Shown here: positions 34,884-34,921 of the stretch, one piece after another
How the letters are laid out: the number at the start of each line of letters is the position of its first letter
How positions within the stretch are numbered: position 1 is the first letter of the stretch
From: Candidatus Latescibacterota bacterium
Lineage (GTDB): Bacteria; Latescibacterota; UBA2968
Assembly: GCA_038279365.1 (NCBI GenBank)
Contig: JAYODI010000066.1
Span: forward strand, 1 to 34,921
Reading direction: 5' to 3'
DNA length: 34,921 bases
Program-made: the position numbers and the translations under genes
The notes under the pieces: model-generated
The model's database searches: none
Seen by the model: only the letters and a program-made list of their open reading frames with translations
What the model was told of the DNA's origin: nothing

Positions 34884-34921
34884 TTTCGCTAAAGAGCGAA
34901 AGGAGGTAGTCCGTTGAAATT
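34884..34921 (+). promoter_or_regulatory. Hairpin + Shine-Dalgarno + probable TTG start of a gene running off the window
   Basis: TTTCGCT-aaag-AGCGAAA (34884-34901) abuts AGGAGGT (34901-34907); TTG at 34914. Confidence 0.5.

Overview
Bacterial chromosomal window of moderate GC whose + strand looks G/T-rich throughout. Several sulfatases and a secreted protein ending in a paired 'DFDGSGTIDFPDF' EF-hand/dockerin-like motif suggest Latescibacterota or a similar lineage (inference). Left part (1-18.6 kb): an orphan CopG/BrnA-like antitoxin, a beta-propeller hydrolase, pyrE, a VanZ-like gene, then a + strand catabolic run: DUF4962/heparinase II/III-like lyase, AlbA_2(Schlafen)-HATPase_c_4-wHTH protein, three Cys-type sulfatases, a penicillin-acylase-family Ntn hydrolase with an unusual N-terminal HTH, a DUF6807 protein, a BNR-type propeller and a lyase-like hypothetical. 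Copies of a structured non-coding repeat sit between these genes. Right part (18.7-34.2 kb): a divergent redox locus. On the - strand are a selenoprotein split in two by the ORF track (in-frame TGA in a UxxC redoxin motif with a SECIS-like hairpin), a membrane protein, a redoxin/haem c/Cu-monooxygenase fusion and a TPR protein. On the + strand is an apparent operon of TPR - stand-alone compact YcaO - FGE-domain lipoprotein - two paralogous octahaem/HEAT/TPR cytochromes - HAO-like octahaem cytochrome. The window ends in a ~690 bp leader holding a tandem 38 bp conserved motif. All family calls come from motif recognition by eye; no searches were run.
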